A stretch of 64,000 nucleotides of DNA from Piromyces finnis finn. Lineage: Eukaryota; Fungi; Neocallimastigomycota. The stretch covers positions 1-64,000 of the forward strand of contig MCFH01000001.1 in the NCBI GenBank assembly GCA_002104945.1. The letters are read 5' to 3'. Of the stretch, positions 62,871 to 64,000 are shown in pieces. Positions within the stretch are counted from its first letter, which is position 1, and each line of letters opens with the position of its first letter. The position numbers and the translations under genes were made by a program. Below the pieces are notes generated by a model. It did no database searches and had not been told where the DNA came from. It was given only the letters and a program-made list of their open reading frames with translations.

Positions 62871-63994
62871 AATACTATGTAAAAGGTTTATTATATGTTA
62901 GCTAATAAGTTATCACTATTCTAGTTAATTAAGTTAGTTATTACCTCTCTATACCAGTTAATAACTAAATAAAGTTTTATAAAAAATAATAAAAGAAATA
63001 AAATAAATATTATAACACTAAAATAAATATAAATAAATATATAAATACTATTAGGAAATAAATTTACTTAATAATTATTGTTAACTATATCTTTTATTTA
63101 TTAATTATAATTATTATACATTATTTATTATTATAGTTACTAATTTACTCTAATACTAACGCTAAAGTATTTAATGTTAGTTTATGCTACACTATTTAAC
63201 TATAGTAGTTTATTTTCTTTACCACTTGATTGGGTAAAGCAAATAAACTTTCTATTTAATTAATAACCATTTGTAAAGATATCAAACGCCTCTGTTTGAT
63301 ATCTTTAATGTAACTTTAGCCACAAGTATTATTGTTTAAGTTACACAATTTATATTACAGAAAAAGAAAATGAGACATAATTTATTTATTAATAATTAAA
63401 GTTTGAAACAAAATAAATTATTAATTTATTTTTAATGTTTTACAAATAAATTAAATTTCTCAATTTAATTTCTTAGTTTTAGTATTGTTTTTGATAGAAA
63501 AAGATGAATAGTATATAAATAATAAATGATTAATATATAAATAATACATGGGCACATATTCAAATTAAATAGTATTTGATTTGAATTGCCTATTTAATTT
63601 TACTAAAATAGTTATAGTTTAAATATTCTATTAATAATTAAGCTTTTAGTGTAGGTTTTAAATAATAATATATTTTAAATAAATAGTTATAATATAATAT
63701 AAATGTATTTAGGAAAAATATAAATAGAAGATATTTTTCATCATTTTATCAATGTAATTGTTATTAATAAAATTTCTTTTATAATAAAAGATATTTTTAA
63801 TAAAACAATTTTTACTTTTATTTTAAATTTAGTGTTATTGTAATAGAATAGATATCCTAATCTATTCTTTTAGTGTCAACATTACACCATTAATATATGG
63901 TTATGCATATATCTGGCCAATAAATGGTGACCAGAATATATGGTTTCAATTGAAATATTTGTGGGCAAACTTATGGCCACAAATATTTCTTACA
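62871..63994 (+). repeat. Remainder of a probable family F LTR whose first 12 nt are at 55809-55820
   Basis: TGTAACG-AATAC joins AATAC-TATG.. across the E insertion; possible end CTTACA at 63994; interrupted by solo LTR 63272-63886. Confidence 0.5.
63272..63886 (+). repeat. Solo LTR, family G
   Basis: Same termini as the other G copies; TSD CCATT. Confidence 0.93.
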
Positions 63995-64000
63995 TATTAG

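Overview
The window is an extremely AT-rich eukaryotic sequence, most likely from an anaerobic gut fungus (Neocallimastigomycota; inferred only from base composition and Asn-rich proteins). I found no host gene. It is a deeply nested cluster of LTR retrotransposons, which I reconstructed from TG..CA termini, target-site duplications (TSDs), primer-binding sites (PBS) and polypurine tracts (PPT). Family letters A-J are my own labels. Components: (1) one intact Ty3/Gypsy chromovirus, A, 1864-8555, with apparently identical LTRs and a single 1522-aa Gag-Pol; (2) two frameshifted full-length chromoviruses of family C' (29876-36656 and 41633-48405) and a decayed chromovirus H; (3) non-chromo Gypsy elements B, B2, D and E; (4) two Ty1/Copia remnants; (5) about ten solo or partial LTRs. 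Signals beyond routine annotation: Tf1-like self-priming PBSs in three families, alongside tRNA-Ala, tRNA-Tyr and half-tRNA-Lys priming; two structured leader RNA motifs, each shared between different elements; a -1 frameshift cassette; repeated insertion at LTR termini; identical tracts carrying the same inactivating micro-duplication in diverged inverted copies; a tRNA-Gln-like module inside an LTR; and a 7 x 21-bp phased array. All alignments and folds were done by eye.
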